64,000 nucleotides of DNA. Origin: Alphaproteobacteria bacterium. Lineage in GTDB: Bacteria > Pseudomonadota > Alphaproteobacteria > UBA11073. The stretch lies in the NCBI GenBank assembly GCA_965246945.1, contig CBDFFW010000001.1, positions 1,064,311 to 1,128,310 of the forward strand, given 5' to 3'. A program made the translations under genes and the position numbers. Shown piece after piece: positions 47,723 to 57,432 of the stretch; position 1 is the stretch's first letter, and every line of letters begins with the position of its first letter. Under the pieces are notes generated by a model. The model was given only the letters and a program-made list of their open reading frames with translations. It ran no database searches and was not told the origin of the DNA.

Positions 47723-49624
47723 ATGCCCGCTGACCAAACAGCAGAACAACCACCTAATGACAGCGATACTGGCGCTGTACAATTGCCACGTGAAAAGGCG
47801 ATTAATCTTAATGTAAAAGATGTGGTGAAAGCGGGTTTAATGAACCGCTTCATCATGGATCCGGCCATGGCTGCGGCGGGTATTATAGTGCCTGGTGGCT
47901 GGATTGCGATGACTTTGTTGGATTTATTTTTAATCCATCCGCTAACCGGCCGTTCGCATCACAGTTTAAACTATATCAAAGCCAGTTTACCGCGTGAATG
48001 TGCCACATTTATGCGGGCGGTGTTGATCCGTGATGATCACGACGCTTTGCGCAGTGCCATTGATACACAGCAAGTAGCCGCTGGTCCCGAGCAAGGGAAT
48101 TTAAATATTTTAAACGCCAAAGGCTATGCCCTGTTGCAGTTAGAAAATCAAGAATTGAAAGACCCACAAACGGGGCCGATGCATTGCATTTTGGCAGAAA
48201 TGCTACGCTTTCAGACCGAAAGCAAAATGACACTGAATGATGCCAGCTTGGAAGATAGCCGTAATCCTTTAAGCGTGAATGGCAAGGTTTCACGGGCGCA
48301 GCAAGTTGCCGCTGACGCAATTGAGGCGTTAACCAAAACCCAGGAAGGCAAAAGTTTTTTATGGCAGGCCGACCGTATTGCCGGTGCCAAAGTATTGCCG
48401 GAAGAATTGATGCAAGCGCTTAATAATTATGCCGTAACAACAGCGGCTAAACGGCACAGCCAAGTTGCGATATTTGACCAGCCAGATGGCACTGACATGA
48501 TTATGCCGCAAACCCAAGGTATTGGCTCGCCATATAAAACGGATGTTTATACAATCCATACATTACCTGATGGCCAGCGAATTGGTTACCGCGTTAGAAA
48601 CGGGGAATATGAAATCAAATCTCTCACGGCATTATATGATCAGTTGCGCCAGGAAACAGCTGGGCGTGAACCGGTTATATTCAGACCAAACCGGTTTTAT
48701 ACCGCGCTTTTAAATCCCAATGACAATGGTTGGCGAACTGCGTTAAAAGCTGCCGGAATAGTGGGGGGAGAAGTGATACCAACTGCAATTACGCCTAAAA
48801 ACATTGTGCCTGCATCATCCAATATTTCTCTCGCAACACTTTTTGGCGTACCAGCCGATAAAGTAGTGCCGGCCAATATTTTTGGCATTGTATCGTCAAA
48901 GAATGTAGCTAGTGAGCCAGCGGTTGAAATACCGAAAGTTAATGTAGTTGTAAAACCCATAACCGTAACGGTTTTTGCCACGCCTGGCTGCCCGTTTATC
49001 GAAAATATTGTGGGGCCAATTCTGCGCTTGCTCAATCAAAAATTAAGTGAACAGCAGTCTCCTAATAAAATTCAAGTAACCGTAATTGGCACCGATGCCG
49101 ATGCCAGTAAATTACGCAAAACAATTGCCGGCAATGTGATGGTTAATGCGGGTAGTGCCAGTTTGCTAAAGCCATATAATATCCGTTATTCATGTGATTA
49201 TGTTATCGCTAGTCCAAATCAAGCGCCGCAGGTTAGAAAAGGCTGGTCGCAAGGTTATGTCTTAGAATTAGCCGATAAAATGGGTTTATACGCTGATGTT
49301 AAAGATAAAGACGAACGCATCAAATTGTTTAAAAACGACATCCGCAAAAATAAAGACGCGTATGATGCCTATATTGCACTTCCTAAAATTGGCGAACATT
49401 CTATTGAGGGCTGCGAGTTTATGCTGCACCGCACAACACAAATTGTGCCGCCTGCAGCCTCAATTAATGGTAACCCTATCGTATTCTTAAACGCCCAATC
49501 GCTAATTCGCTATCAACTTGCCGGCCGCACCAATAATTTTGCAGTAGCCACAAATTTGAAAACCGAAAATTTAGCCAATAGCTTGCTAGCTGATAATATA
49601 GCAAATGTTGTATTTAAATCGTGA
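47723..49624 (+). CDS. Large hypothetical protein (633 aa), no recognisable domains
   Basis: No signal peptide, one hydrophobic segment near the N-terminus and no enzymatic motifs. Coding DNA is moderately AT-rich. Confidence 0.5.
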   Translation: MPADQTAEQPPNDSDTGAVQLPREKAINLNVKDVVKAGLMNRFIMDPAMAAAGIIVPGGWIAMTLLDLFLIHPLTGRSHHSLNYIKASLPRECATFMRAVLIRDDHDALRSAIDTQQVAAGPEQGNLNILNAKGYALLQLENQELKDPQTGPMHCILAEMLRFQTESKMTLNDASLEDSRNPLSVNGKVSRAQQVAADAIEALTKTQEGKSFLWQADRIAGAKVLPEELMQALNNYAVTTAAKRHSQVAIFDQPDGTDMIMPQTQGIGSPYKTDVYTIHTLPDGQRIGYRVRNGEYEIKSLTALYDQLRQETAGREPVIFRPNRFYTALLNPNDNGWRTALKAAGIVGGEVIPTAITPKNIVPASSNISLATLFGVPADKVVPANIFGIVSSKNVASEPAVEIPKVNVVVKPITVTVFATPGCPFIENIVGPILRLLNQKLSEQQSPNKIQVTVIGTDADASKLRKTIAGNVMVNAGSASLLKPYNIRYSCDYVIASPNQAPQVRKGWSQGYVLELADKMGLYADVKDKDERIKLFKNDIRKNKDAYDAYIALPKIGEHSIEGCEFMLHRTTQIVPPAASINGNPIVFLNAQSLIRYQLAGRTNNFAVATNLKTENLANSLLADNIANVVFKS

Positions 49625-49744
49625 TCCTAATATAGCTTTAAACATTATTCATTTTTACTGGTTTAATTTAAAATATAACAGATGTTTCATGTGCCGCCGA
49701 TAATTTTACTTTATGTTATTGTAATGTCATTATAATGGTGACTG

Positions 49745-50404
49745 ATGCGCCTATTACTGGTTGAAGACGATGCTATGTTGGGCAAATCGCTGAAGCGTGG
49801 TTTAGTGCAGGCTGGGCATGCCGTTGAATGGGTGCAAGATGGTGAAAATGCTTTGGCTGCCATTATTGCCAATGATTTTGATTTAATTATCTTGGATATG
49901 AATTTACCAAAAATTTCTGGGATTGAAGTTCTGACGCAGCTTAGAAGTGGTGATAAAACCAATCAGCCAGTGTTGATGCTTACTGCCATGGATAGCACAG
50001 AATATAAAATTAAAGGTTTAGATGCTGGCGCTGATGATTATTTAACCAAGCCATTTGACTTTGAAGAATTGCTGGCCCGCATTCGGGCACTGACCCGCCG
50101 TGTACAGGACCGGCAGGATGCTGTATTACGCTGTCAGGATATTGAGCTAAACCCGCAGGCCAAAACGCTGACCAAGGCCGGCGAAGTAATCATTTTAACC
50201 GCTAAAGAACTTACGGTTTGCAATCTATTGATGGAGCGGCGCAATCGCATCGTCAGCAAAACGCAGATTGAAGAAGCCCTATATGGCTGGGATGATGATG
50301 TGGATAGCAATACGGTAGAAGTTGCTGTTTACAATTTACGCAAAAAACTGGGTAAGGATTTCATTCAAACCTTACGCGGTATTGGTTATATGGTGCGGGC
50401 ATGA
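49745..50404 (+). CDS. OmpR-family response regulator
   Basis: Receiver domain (LLVEDD..., DLIILDMNLP, phospho-acceptor Asp) plus a winged-helix C-terminus (…VEVAVYNLRKKLG…LRGIGYMV). Confidence 0.85.
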   Translation: MRLLLVEDDAMLGKSLKRGLVQAGHAVEWVQDGENALAAIIANDFDLIILDMNLPKISGIEVLTQLRSGDKTNQPVLMLTAMDSTEYKIKGLDAGADDYLTKPFDFEELLARIRALTRRVQDRQDAVLRCQDIELNPQAKTLTKAGEVIILTAKELTVCNLLMERRNRIVSKTQIEEALYGWDDDVDSNTVEVAVYNLRKKLGKDFIQTLRGIGYMVRA

Positions 50405-51762
50405 AACCATTATCACTTACTCTGAGATTATTTTTTAGCCTAACCTTTTTAATTCTCATTACTTTATTGTTGGTTGCCTTGCTTGGGCTGCGCAGTGCCA
50501 ATAAAGAAATCACCGAAGATTATGACGCGCAGTTGATTACCGAAAGCCAGGTTTTATGGCAAATTACCCAAGAAGATTTGGGCGAAGGTGTTTTTAAAGA
50601 ATATAATATTGAAGACAGCCTGGTCGCATTAGATCCAAGTTATCAACAAGAATTATCGCAATATGCCCAGTGGCGCGGTTTCCGCATTTGGAAGAATGGT
50701 AAGGTTATTCTGCAGTCTGATAATACCGATGATATGCTTTCAGAACCGGCGACTGTTGGCTTTCATAATTTTACAGTAAACAATGATCGCTGGCGCGTAT
50801 TTGCCCTGCATGCACCGGATGATGTGATTGTTGAAAGTTTTGAAAATCTGAAAAATCGTGAAATTTTGCAGCATGATATTCTGTTAGGTATCGTTGATCC
50901 ATCTTTATGGATGTTACCTATTTTGGGTTTATTATTATTTTTCGGTATTCGCTATGGCCTACGTAAATTACGTGATTTAGCCAGCACCTTGGATGGTCGC
51001 TCGCCAACCGATTTATCGCGCCTACCGGTGCAAAAGATTGCCACTGAATTAATGCCATTGGTCAATGCAGTGAATGGTTTACTCAATAAACTAGAAGCAT
51101 CATTGGCGCGGGAGCGTGAATTTACCGATCATGCGGCGCACGAATTACGGACACCGTTAACGACTTTAAAACTACAAACCCAGCTGATTACGAAAAATTT
51201 TAAAGCAGCAGACCGTACGCCAGTTGATGAATTATTAGCCAGTGTCGACCGCACCACGCGCCTGGTTGATCAATTATTATTACTGGCACGCTTATCTCAA
51301 CAACCCACTAACCTTGCCCCGGTTAATTTATTTGAAGAAGTTCACTTGGTAATTGCGCTTTATGCAACCCGCGCTTTGGATAAAAAAATTACATTTTCCT
51401 TAACAGGTGATGACAATTTGTATATTAATACGCAAGTAGAATTGCTCCACATTATGATTGGGACATTGTTGGACAATGCCATTAAATATACGCCTATCTC
51501 TGGCGAAATTAATATTCGCATAGAAAATCAAAATACCAAACCCAGTTTAATTATTCAGGATACTGGCCCCGGTATTGCTGAAATTGACCAAGCGCAAGTT
51601 TTTAACCGCTTTTACCGCGGCAATGGATTGGCCGAACCAGGTAGCGGTTTGGGTTTAGCGATTGCCCAGCAAATTGCTGAATTGCATCAAGCCAGCATTC
51701 ATTTAACCAATATGGTTAACGCAACCGGTTTGATGGTAAGGGTTATCTTTCAAAACAAATGA
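50401..51762 (+). CDS. Sensor histidine kinase (PmrB/QseC-like), cognate to the preceding regulator
   Basis: Overlaps the regulator by 4 nt. Two TM segments, then HAMP, H-box AAHELRTPL, N-box LLDNAIKYT and G-boxes DTGPGI and GSGLGLAIA. Confidence 0.8.
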   Translation: MKPLSLTLRLFFSLTFLILITLLLVALLGLRSANKEITEDYDAQLITESQVLWQITQEDLGEGVFKEYNIEDSLVALDPSYQQELSQYAQWRGFRIWKNGKVILQSDNTDDMLSEPATVGFHNFTVNNDRWRVFALHAPDDVIVESFENLKNREILQHDILLGIVDPSLWMLPILGLLLFFGIRYGLRKLRDLASTLDGRSPTDLSRLPVQKIATELMPLVNAVNGLLNKLEASLAREREFTDHAAHELRTPLTTLKLQTQLITKNFKAADRTPVDELLASVDRTTRLVDQLLLLARLSQQPTNLAPVNLFEEVHLVIALYATRALDKKITFSLTGDDNLYINTQVELLHIMIGTLLDNAIKYTPISGEINIRIENQNTKPSLIIQDTGPGIAEIDQAQVFNRFYRGNGLAEPGSGLGLAIAQQIAELHQASIHLTNMVNATGLMVRVIFQNK

Positions 51763-51806
51763 TCATACCATCATTTTCGCATCAGATAACGCTCAGTTTT
51801 CCATCA

Positions 51807-51851
51807 GCCAGGCCCATTAGTACTTCAGCCAGATGGCCTGGCACATTTTTT
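51807..51851 (+). promoter_or_regulatory. GC-rich stem-loop with a T-run that overlaps the start codon of the next gene
   Basis: GCCAGGCC-(20 nt loop)-GGCCTGGC followed by ACATTTTTTG. The ATG of the HAD gene (51833) lies inside the 3' arm. It could be the histidine-kinase terminator or a structure that occludes the start codon. Confidence 0.4.
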
Positions 51852-52537
51852 GTGATTTTGATAATACGATAAGTCTAGCTGATTGTACGGATGTTATTCT
51901 AGAAGCTTATGCCGCTTCTGAATGGCATGATATTGAGACAGAATGGGAAGCCGGTAAGATTGGCTCACGCGAATGTATGCAGCAACAGATTGCTTTGCTG
52001 CAGGCCACACCTTTTCAAATGGATCAGTTAATCGATCAAATCGAAATTGATCCGTATTTCATTCGCTTTGTCGAATATTGTGAAGCCAAGAAATTACCGC
52101 TAACCATTGTCAGCGATGGTTTGGATTATGTGATCCAGCGAATTCTCGCACGCTATCAGCTCGGTCATTTACCGGTTATTGCAGGCAATTTTAGTCAACG
52201 AAACAACCAATGGCAGCTCGCCACCCCTTATGCAGTGCCAACTTGTGCAGCACGGGCAGTGACGTGTAAATGTCAGGTAGTGCAACAATGTCAGCGTGCG
52301 CAGCAAATTATTTATATTGGTGACGGTCGTTCTGATTTTTGTGTGAGCAGCCAAAAAGCGGATGTTGTGTTGGCTAAAAGATCGTTACTGACCCATTGCC
52401 AAACCAATCAATTACGGCATTTTGCCTTCGAAAATTTTGCCGATGTGCAAGCCATTATTACCCAACTCACCGCGCAGTCACCGATGCGTGTTGTTATCCC
52501 CCCATCTATGGAGAAATCACATGCAAACTGTGCTTAA
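51833..52537 (+). CDS. HAD-IB family hydrolase (PSPase/MtnX-like phosphatase)
   Basis: Motif I FCDFDNTIS at the N-terminus. Motif III/IV region (…IYIGDGRSDF…). Confidence 0.65.
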   Translation: MAWHIFCDFDNTISLADCTDVILEAYAASEWHDIETEWEAGKIGSRECMQQQIALLQATPFQMDQLIDQIEIDPYFIRFVEYCEAKKLPLTIVSDGLDYVIQRILARYQLGHLPVIAGNFSQRNNQWQLATPYAVPTCAARAVTCKCQVVQQCQRAQQIIYIGDGRSDFCVSSQKADVVLAKRSLLTHCQTNQLRHFAFENFADVQAIITQLTAQSPMRVVIPPSMEKSHANCA

Positions 52538-53945
52538 TAAAGTTATCTCACTGCCATCTCGGACCAATGACGCGTATTCCGAAACAGAATTACGGGCAAT
52601 GGAAGCACAATATTGTTCGTTCGGCGATACCGTTCATTATTTGCCAGAACCTAAAATTTTTACCAATTGTGAAGGTTCATTTTTATATGATGCCCAGCAA
52701 ACACCATTTCTCGATCTGCAAATGTGGTATTCAGCCGTTAATTTCGGTTACCGCAATCCGCGCTTAAATAATATTGTGCATGATCAATTAGAAACGCTGC
52801 CCCAGGTAGCATCACAATATTTGCACCGGCAGAAGATTGAACTTGCGGCGATGATTGCGCGCGATGCCGAAACCAAATTTGGCGCTAAAGGCCGTGTACA
52901 TTTCAACGTGGGTGGTTCGCAGGCAATCGAAGATTCTTTAAAATTGGTACGAAATTATAGCGGTGGTAAAAGCCTTATGTTTGCCTTTGAAGGCGGCTAT
53001 CACGGCCGCACGCTGGGTGCCTCGGCGATCACTTCCAGCTATCGTTACCGCCGCCGTTATGGGCATTTTGGTGACCGTGCCCATTTTATCCCATTTCCCT
53101 ATAGCTTCCGCGCCCCGCGCCATATGAGCAAAGAAGAATATGGCGAAGAATGCGTAAAGAATTTCGCGCGTTTATTCGAAACCGAGTATCATGGGGTTTG
53201 GGATCCAAAAGCCGGTAAATGCGAATATGCCGCATTTTATGTGGAACCATTACAAGGCACGGGTGGCTATATCGTGCCGCCGATGAATTTCTTCAAAGGC
53301 CTTAAAAAGGTTCTGGATCAATATGGTATCTTAATGGTGGTTGATGAAATTCAAATGGGTGTTTACCGTACCGGCAAATTATGGTCGATCGAACATTTTG
53401 GGGTCACCCCGGATGTGCTGGTTTTTGGGAAAGCCATCACCAACGGCCTTAATCCGCTATCTGGTGTGTGGGCGAAAGAAGAAATAATTAATCCAACCAT
53501 TTTCCCGCCAGGTTCAACCCATTCCACCTTCGCCAGCAACCCCATGGGCACCAGCGTGGCCTTGGAAGTGCTGAAGATGGTAAGCGAAGATGATTATGAA
53601 ACCATGGTCATGGCCAAAGGTGCTTACTTTTTACAAGGCCTGCAGGAATTACAGCGTGAGTTCAAAATTATTGGTGATGTGGATGGTCTAGGCTTGGCCT
53701 TACGCCTGGAAATCTGCGCCGAAGATGGTTTCACGCCCGATAAAGCGATGATGGATAAAATTAATGAAGAAGCGATGCTGGGTAATTTAATGGTCGGCCA
53801 GCAAAATTATGGTTTGGTTTTGGATGTTGGCGGTTACTACAAAAACGTGATTACCTTCGCGCCATCCTTGCATATCAGCTATGCGGAAATTGATTTATCG
53901 ATCGAATTATTAAGGCAGTTGCTGGTCCGTGCCACTCGGAAATAA
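52521..53945 (+). CDS. Class III (omega-type) PLP-dependent aminotransferase
   Basis: GGSQAIEDSLKL, AFEGGYHGRTLGA, VDEIQMGVYRTGK and the PLP lysine in VFGKAITNGL. The start was chosen at the Met preceded by GGAGAA (52510-52515). The longest ORF begins at 52422. Confidence 0.8.
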   Translation: MQTVLNKVISLPSRTNDAYSETELRAMEAQYCSFGDTVHYLPEPKIFTNCEGSFLYDAQQTPFLDLQMWYSAVNFGYRNPRLNNIVHDQLETLPQVASQYLHRQKIELAAMIARDAETKFGAKGRVHFNVGGSQAIEDSLKLVRNYSGGKSLMFAFEGGYHGRTLGASAITSSYRYRRRYGHFGDRAHFIPFPYSFRAPRHMSKEEYGEECVKNFARLFETEYHGVWDPKAGKCEYAAFYVEPLQGTGGYIVPPMNFFKGLKKVLDQYGILMVVDEIQMGVYRTGKLWSIEHFGVTPDVLVFGKAITNGLNPLSGVWAKEEIINPTIFPPGSTHSTFASNPMGTSVALEVLKMVSEDDYETMVMAKGAYFLQGLQELQREFKIIGDVDGLGLALRLEICAEDGFTPDKAMMDKINEEAMLGNLMVGQQNYGLVLDVGGYYKNVITFAPSLHISYAEIDLSIELLRQLLVRATRK

Positions 53946-53956
53946 GAGATATCGTT

Positions 53957-54466
53957 ATGGAAGAAATTGATGTGCCAGTTGAGCATTTAAGTGAAGAGAT
54001 CCATCATAAGGCCGCGCACGCCAAAATTGGCTGGATGACTTTGGCGGCCTTGTTATCAACTTTGCTAGCCGTATTGGCCGCAATTACGGGTTTGCAATCC
54101 GGGCATTATGCCAATCAAGCGATGCGCCTGCAAATTGCCGCTTCTGATGATTGGGGCTATTACCAGGCAAAAGGCATTAAAGCAGCGATTGCAGAACTAG
54201 CCCCAAAATCTGCCATTCAGGAAACAAAGCTAAAAAAATATGAGGATGAACAAGCGGCCATTAAAGCGGACGCCGAAAGCAAAAACCGGCAGTCTGAACA
54301 GTATTTAGAGCGCCATGAAATTGTCGCCCGGGCGGTTACGATGGCGCAAATAGCCATCGCCATGATTGCCATTGCAGTGCTGATGAAACGACCATATTTT
54401 TTATGGCTATCGGCAATTTTGGGATTAATCGGTTTATACTTTTTTGTACAAAGTGCGCTTGGTTAA
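53957..54466 (+). CDS. DUF4337-like membrane protein
   Basis: 169 aa. A TM segment, a charged coiled region and a C-terminal TM pair. The family call is tentative. Confidence 0.4.
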   Translation: MEEIDVPVEHLSEEIHHKAAHAKIGWMTLAALLSTLLAVLAAITGLQSGHYANQAMRLQIAASDDWGYYQAKGIKAAIAELAPKSAIQETKLKKYEDEQAAIKADAESKNRQSEQYLERHEIVARAVTMAQIAIAMIAIAVLMKRPYFLWLSAILGLIGLYFFVQSALG

Positions 54467-54469
54467 TAG

Positions 54470-55420
54470 ATGCAGCCGTATTTACTCCACCTCGATGATG
54501 CGTTTGAAAAGCAAAACCTGTTTGTGCAGCAGATTGCTCGGCTGGCTGGGCAGCAGATCAATGCACGGAAGCAAGCCAGACTAATACGTTTATGGGGCAA
54601 TGCGAATGCCTTACAAAAATTAAAAGCATATCTGCGTGAACAACTATATAACCCAGCCAATCAGCAGCCCAAATTAATATTTATGGGTTCTGGCGATTTT
54701 CACCATGTCAGTGCTTTGCTGATCGAGTTATTAGCAGAAACAACCACTGAACCTTTTACCATTATTCATTTTGATCGTCATCCAGATTGGGTAAAATTCA
54801 ACAATGGTATGCATTGCGGTTCATGGGCGCAGCATATCCTTAAACACAAACAGGTTACCCGGGTAATCACCATCGGGGCTGGGGGAAAAGACTTTTCTCA
54901 ACCTGAAAAAGCAGGGGCAGCACTTGATTTTATCGCCGACGAAAAGCTAATCGTGCTACCATGGGAGCCAACCATCAGCCTGGTGAAAAAGCAATATAAC
55001 TGGGGGGCAGGGCACAAGCAATTTGGGAGACAAATAATTTGGGAAGCAGTTAACATGATGGCACCCAATGTGCTGGCTGATTTTTTAATCAGGCAAATAC
55101 CCACTCGGCATATTTATATGACAATTGATAAGGATGTCTTGCCAGCCGCCGATGCTGCGACCAATTGGGACCAAGGCGGTATGCCACTTGCACATTTAAT
55201 CCAAGTTGTTCAGTCTTTGCAGAAAAATAGTATTTTAATTGGTGTGGATGTTATCGGCGATTACAGCAAGCCACGTTACGGCGGTAGTTGGTTTAGCCAA
55301 ATCGCCAAATGGTTTGAAGCGCGTTTGGATCAATCTTGGCAACCGCCAAAAAAAATCAGCGATATTAATACGGCCAGCAATTTGCGCCTGTTGGAATGTT
55401 TCATGGAAGCAGCGACATGA
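54470..55420 (+). CDS. Arginase/deacetylase-fold metallohydrolase (ureohydrolase-like), divergent
   Basis: Metal-ligand-like motifs in the expected order: GSGDFHHVS, HFDRHPDW, TIDKDVLPAADAATNWDQGGM and DVIGDYS. Confidence 0.55.
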   Translation: MQPYLLHLDDAFEKQNLFVQQIARLAGQQINARKQARLIRLWGNANALQKLKAYLREQLYNPANQQPKLIFMGSGDFHHVSALLIELLAETTTEPFTIIHFDRHPDWVKFNNGMHCGSWAQHILKHKQVTRVITIGAGGKDFSQPEKAGAALDFIADEKLIVLPWEPTISLVKKQYNWGAGHKQFGRQIIWEAVNMMAPNVLADFLIRQIPTRHIYMTIDKDVLPAADAATNWDQGGMPLAHLIQVVQSLQKNSILIGVDVIGDYSKPRYGGSWFSQIAKWFEARLDQSWQPPKKISDINTASNLRLLECFMEAAT

Positions 55421-55737
55421 CTTATACGCTTATCTTCCTTTGCGTTCTGCTCGTCATCATGCGGGAGCTTTGTTTCAAACAAGGTGCTAGCCAGTCGCGT
55501 TATCAATGGCTTGTTGGTTGCGGTATAACATTATGGATCATTGAAATTTTGCTCTGGGCACGCGTTTTGCAACTGATACCACTATCTATCGCTTTCCCAT
55601 TTATGAGTTTGTGCTATGTGGGTATTCCCTTATGCAGCAATTGGCTGTTATGTGAACCAATTGGTAAAAAGCAGTGGTATGGCATTGGCCTAATCAGTTT
55701 TGGTGTCACATGTATTGGCCTAAGTGGTCTAGGTTAA
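55417..55737 (+). CDS. Small EamA/DMT half-transporter (ArnE/ArnF-like), copy 1
   Basis: About 106 aa with four TM segments. C-terminal …PLSIAFPFMSLCYVGIPLCSNWLLCEPI…WYGIGLISFGV… matches the EamA/SMR-like pattern. Its ATGA overlaps the upstream gene. Confidence 0.45.
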   Translation: MTYTLIFLCVLLVIMRELCFKQGASQSRYQWLVGCGITLWIIEILLWARVLQLIPLSIAFPFMSLCYVGIPLCSNWLLCEPIGKKQWYGIGLISFGVTCIGLSGLG

Positions 55738-55748
55738 GGAGAAATAAC

Positions 55749-56645
55749 ATGAGTAAAAGTAAACCAACTAAAATTTTCGCTTATTCAGCATGGGACATTG
55801 TACCTGTGCTGGCTGGCATCGTTCATTTGGCTTTTGTCGTGGGTCTATATTTTGTGTATCCAATTGCGCCATGGTGGTTACTGATCATTTGGGGTGCGCT
55901 TTATGCGGTTAGTATTTCTTGGAGTATTAACAGCGTTTCGCATAATTTTTTGCATAATCCCTATTTCACTTCCAAAATGCTGAACCGTATTTTCAGTTTG
56001 ATTTTGTCACTCGCCAACGGTTTCTCGCAATGTTTTTACACCTGGGTGCATTTACGGCATCACCGCGGTAACAGCGATAAACCCAATGAAAATGGCGAAA
56101 CGATTGATTGGTTATCCATTTACCGGCACGGCAAAAATGGCAAGGCCGAACATGTTTTAAGCTACACATTCTTGGGGTTTTTTCGTGAAATGTTCAGCAA
56201 TGAAGGCGCAGAATTATATGCCAAATTGAAAAAGCGCAATCCAGCCGATGCCCGTTTTGGCAGTTTTGAATATGGCACTTTTATTGGGCTGGTTTTAATT
56301 GCGGCAGTCTTCAATTGGCATGCGGTGCTATTCATGGTGCCATGGTATTATTTGGGTAATTGCCTATCTTCCCTCAACGGTTACTACCGGCATTATGGCG
56401 CTGATCCGGATACGCCCATTGCCTGGGGGGTAAGCACCTATGCTAAATTTTATAACTGGTTATGGTTCAATAATGGTTACCACGCTGAACATCATTACCG
56501 CCCACGCACGCATTGGACCAAAATCCAAGAATTGCATGAACAAATTAAAGAAAAACAAGCCGCCGCCGGTGTGCGGGTTATTAAAAACTGCCATGCCTTA
56601 GGATTTTTGGAAGCCGATAAAGGAATTATCCATGAAGGATCTTAG
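55749..56645 (+). CDS. Membrane fatty-acid desaturase family protein
   Basis: Three histidine boxes, HNFLHN, HLRHHRGN and HAEHHYRP, on a polytopic membrane protein. RBS AAGGAG at 55736-55741. Confidence 0.65.
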   Translation: MSKSKPTKIFAYSAWDIVPVLAGIVHLAFVVGLYFVYPIAPWWLLIIWGALYAVSISWSINSVSHNFLHNPYFTSKMLNRIFSLILSLANGFSQCFYTWVHLRHHRGNSDKPNENGETIDWLSIYRHGKNGKAEHVLSYTFLGFFREMFSNEGAELYAKLKKRNPADARFGSFEYGTFIGLVLIAAVFNWHAVLFMVPWYYLGNCLSSLNGYYRHYGADPDTPIAWGVSTYAKFYNWLWFNNGYHAEHHYRPRTHWTKIQELHEQIKEKQAAAGVRVIKNCHALGFLEADKGIIHEGS

Positions 56646-57432
56646 TTTTTATTTGCCAGGCACCAATGGCAAAGCAGTTTTACTGATCCATGGTTTAACT
56701 GGTGCGCCAGCTGAAATGCGGCCAGTGGGCCGTATTTTAAACCGCAAAGGTTATACGGTATACGCACCACTATTGGCTGGCCATGGGTTGGATGAAAAAA
56801 CGCTGGTTAAAACGTGCTGGGAAGATTGGCTTGCTGGGTTGGTGCCCGCGATAGATCGCCTAACTGCTGAAACCGACCACGTTTATGCTGCAGGTATTTG
56901 CGTGGGCGGCAAATTGGCCATGATGCTAGCACATACTCGGCCCCGCAGTTTGCGTGCAACGGCCATCTATTCCGCGTGCTTTAACTATGATGGTTGGGAT
57001 ACGCCAAGTTACTATAAATTGGCACCTTTCGTGCCTTTATGGGTCACAAAATTACCGCTTATTCGAAATTTAAGCTTTGCAGAAACGGGTAGTATGGGTA
57101 TTAAAAGCGAACGTTTGCGCCGTTGGATGTCTATGCAATCAAGTGAAGGGGTGTTGGATAAGTTTCCGGCTTTGGCATTGGCAGAAATGTTTCGGCTCGG
57201 CCATGCATTAAAAAAGGCACTACCAAACATGCAAACGCCCAACCTTATTCTGCATGCGCGCGAGGACGATCTTAGTAATATTCGCAATGCAGAATATATT
57301 AATCAGCATATCGCTGCGCCGCACGAAATGCATGTGCTAGAAAATAGCTATCACATGATTCATGTTGATCAGGAATATGGTAAAACTGCTGATTTAACCG
57401 ATCAATTTTTCAGTCGCTATGCTAATGCCTGA
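56632..57432 (+). CDS. Alpha/beta-hydrolase with a Cys nucleophile elbow (dienelactone-hydrolase-like)
   Basis: HGLTGAP and HG boxes. The nucleophile elbow is G-I-C-V-G-G (Cys in place of Ser). Candidate acid (REDD) and His (SYHMIHVD) follow. Confidence 0.6.
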   Translation: MKDLSFYLPGTNGKAVLLIHGLTGAPAEMRPVGRILNRKGYTVYAPLLAGHGLDEKTLVKTCWEDWLAGLVPAIDRLTAETDHVYAAGICVGGKLAMMLAHTRPRSLRATAIYSACFNYDGWDTPSYYKLAPFVPLWVTKLPLIRNLSFAETGSMGIKSERLRRWMSMQSSEGVLDKFPALALAEMFRLGHALKKALPNMQTPNLILHAREDDLSNIRNAEYINQHIAAPHEMHVLENSYHMIHVDQEYGKTADLTDQFFSRYANA

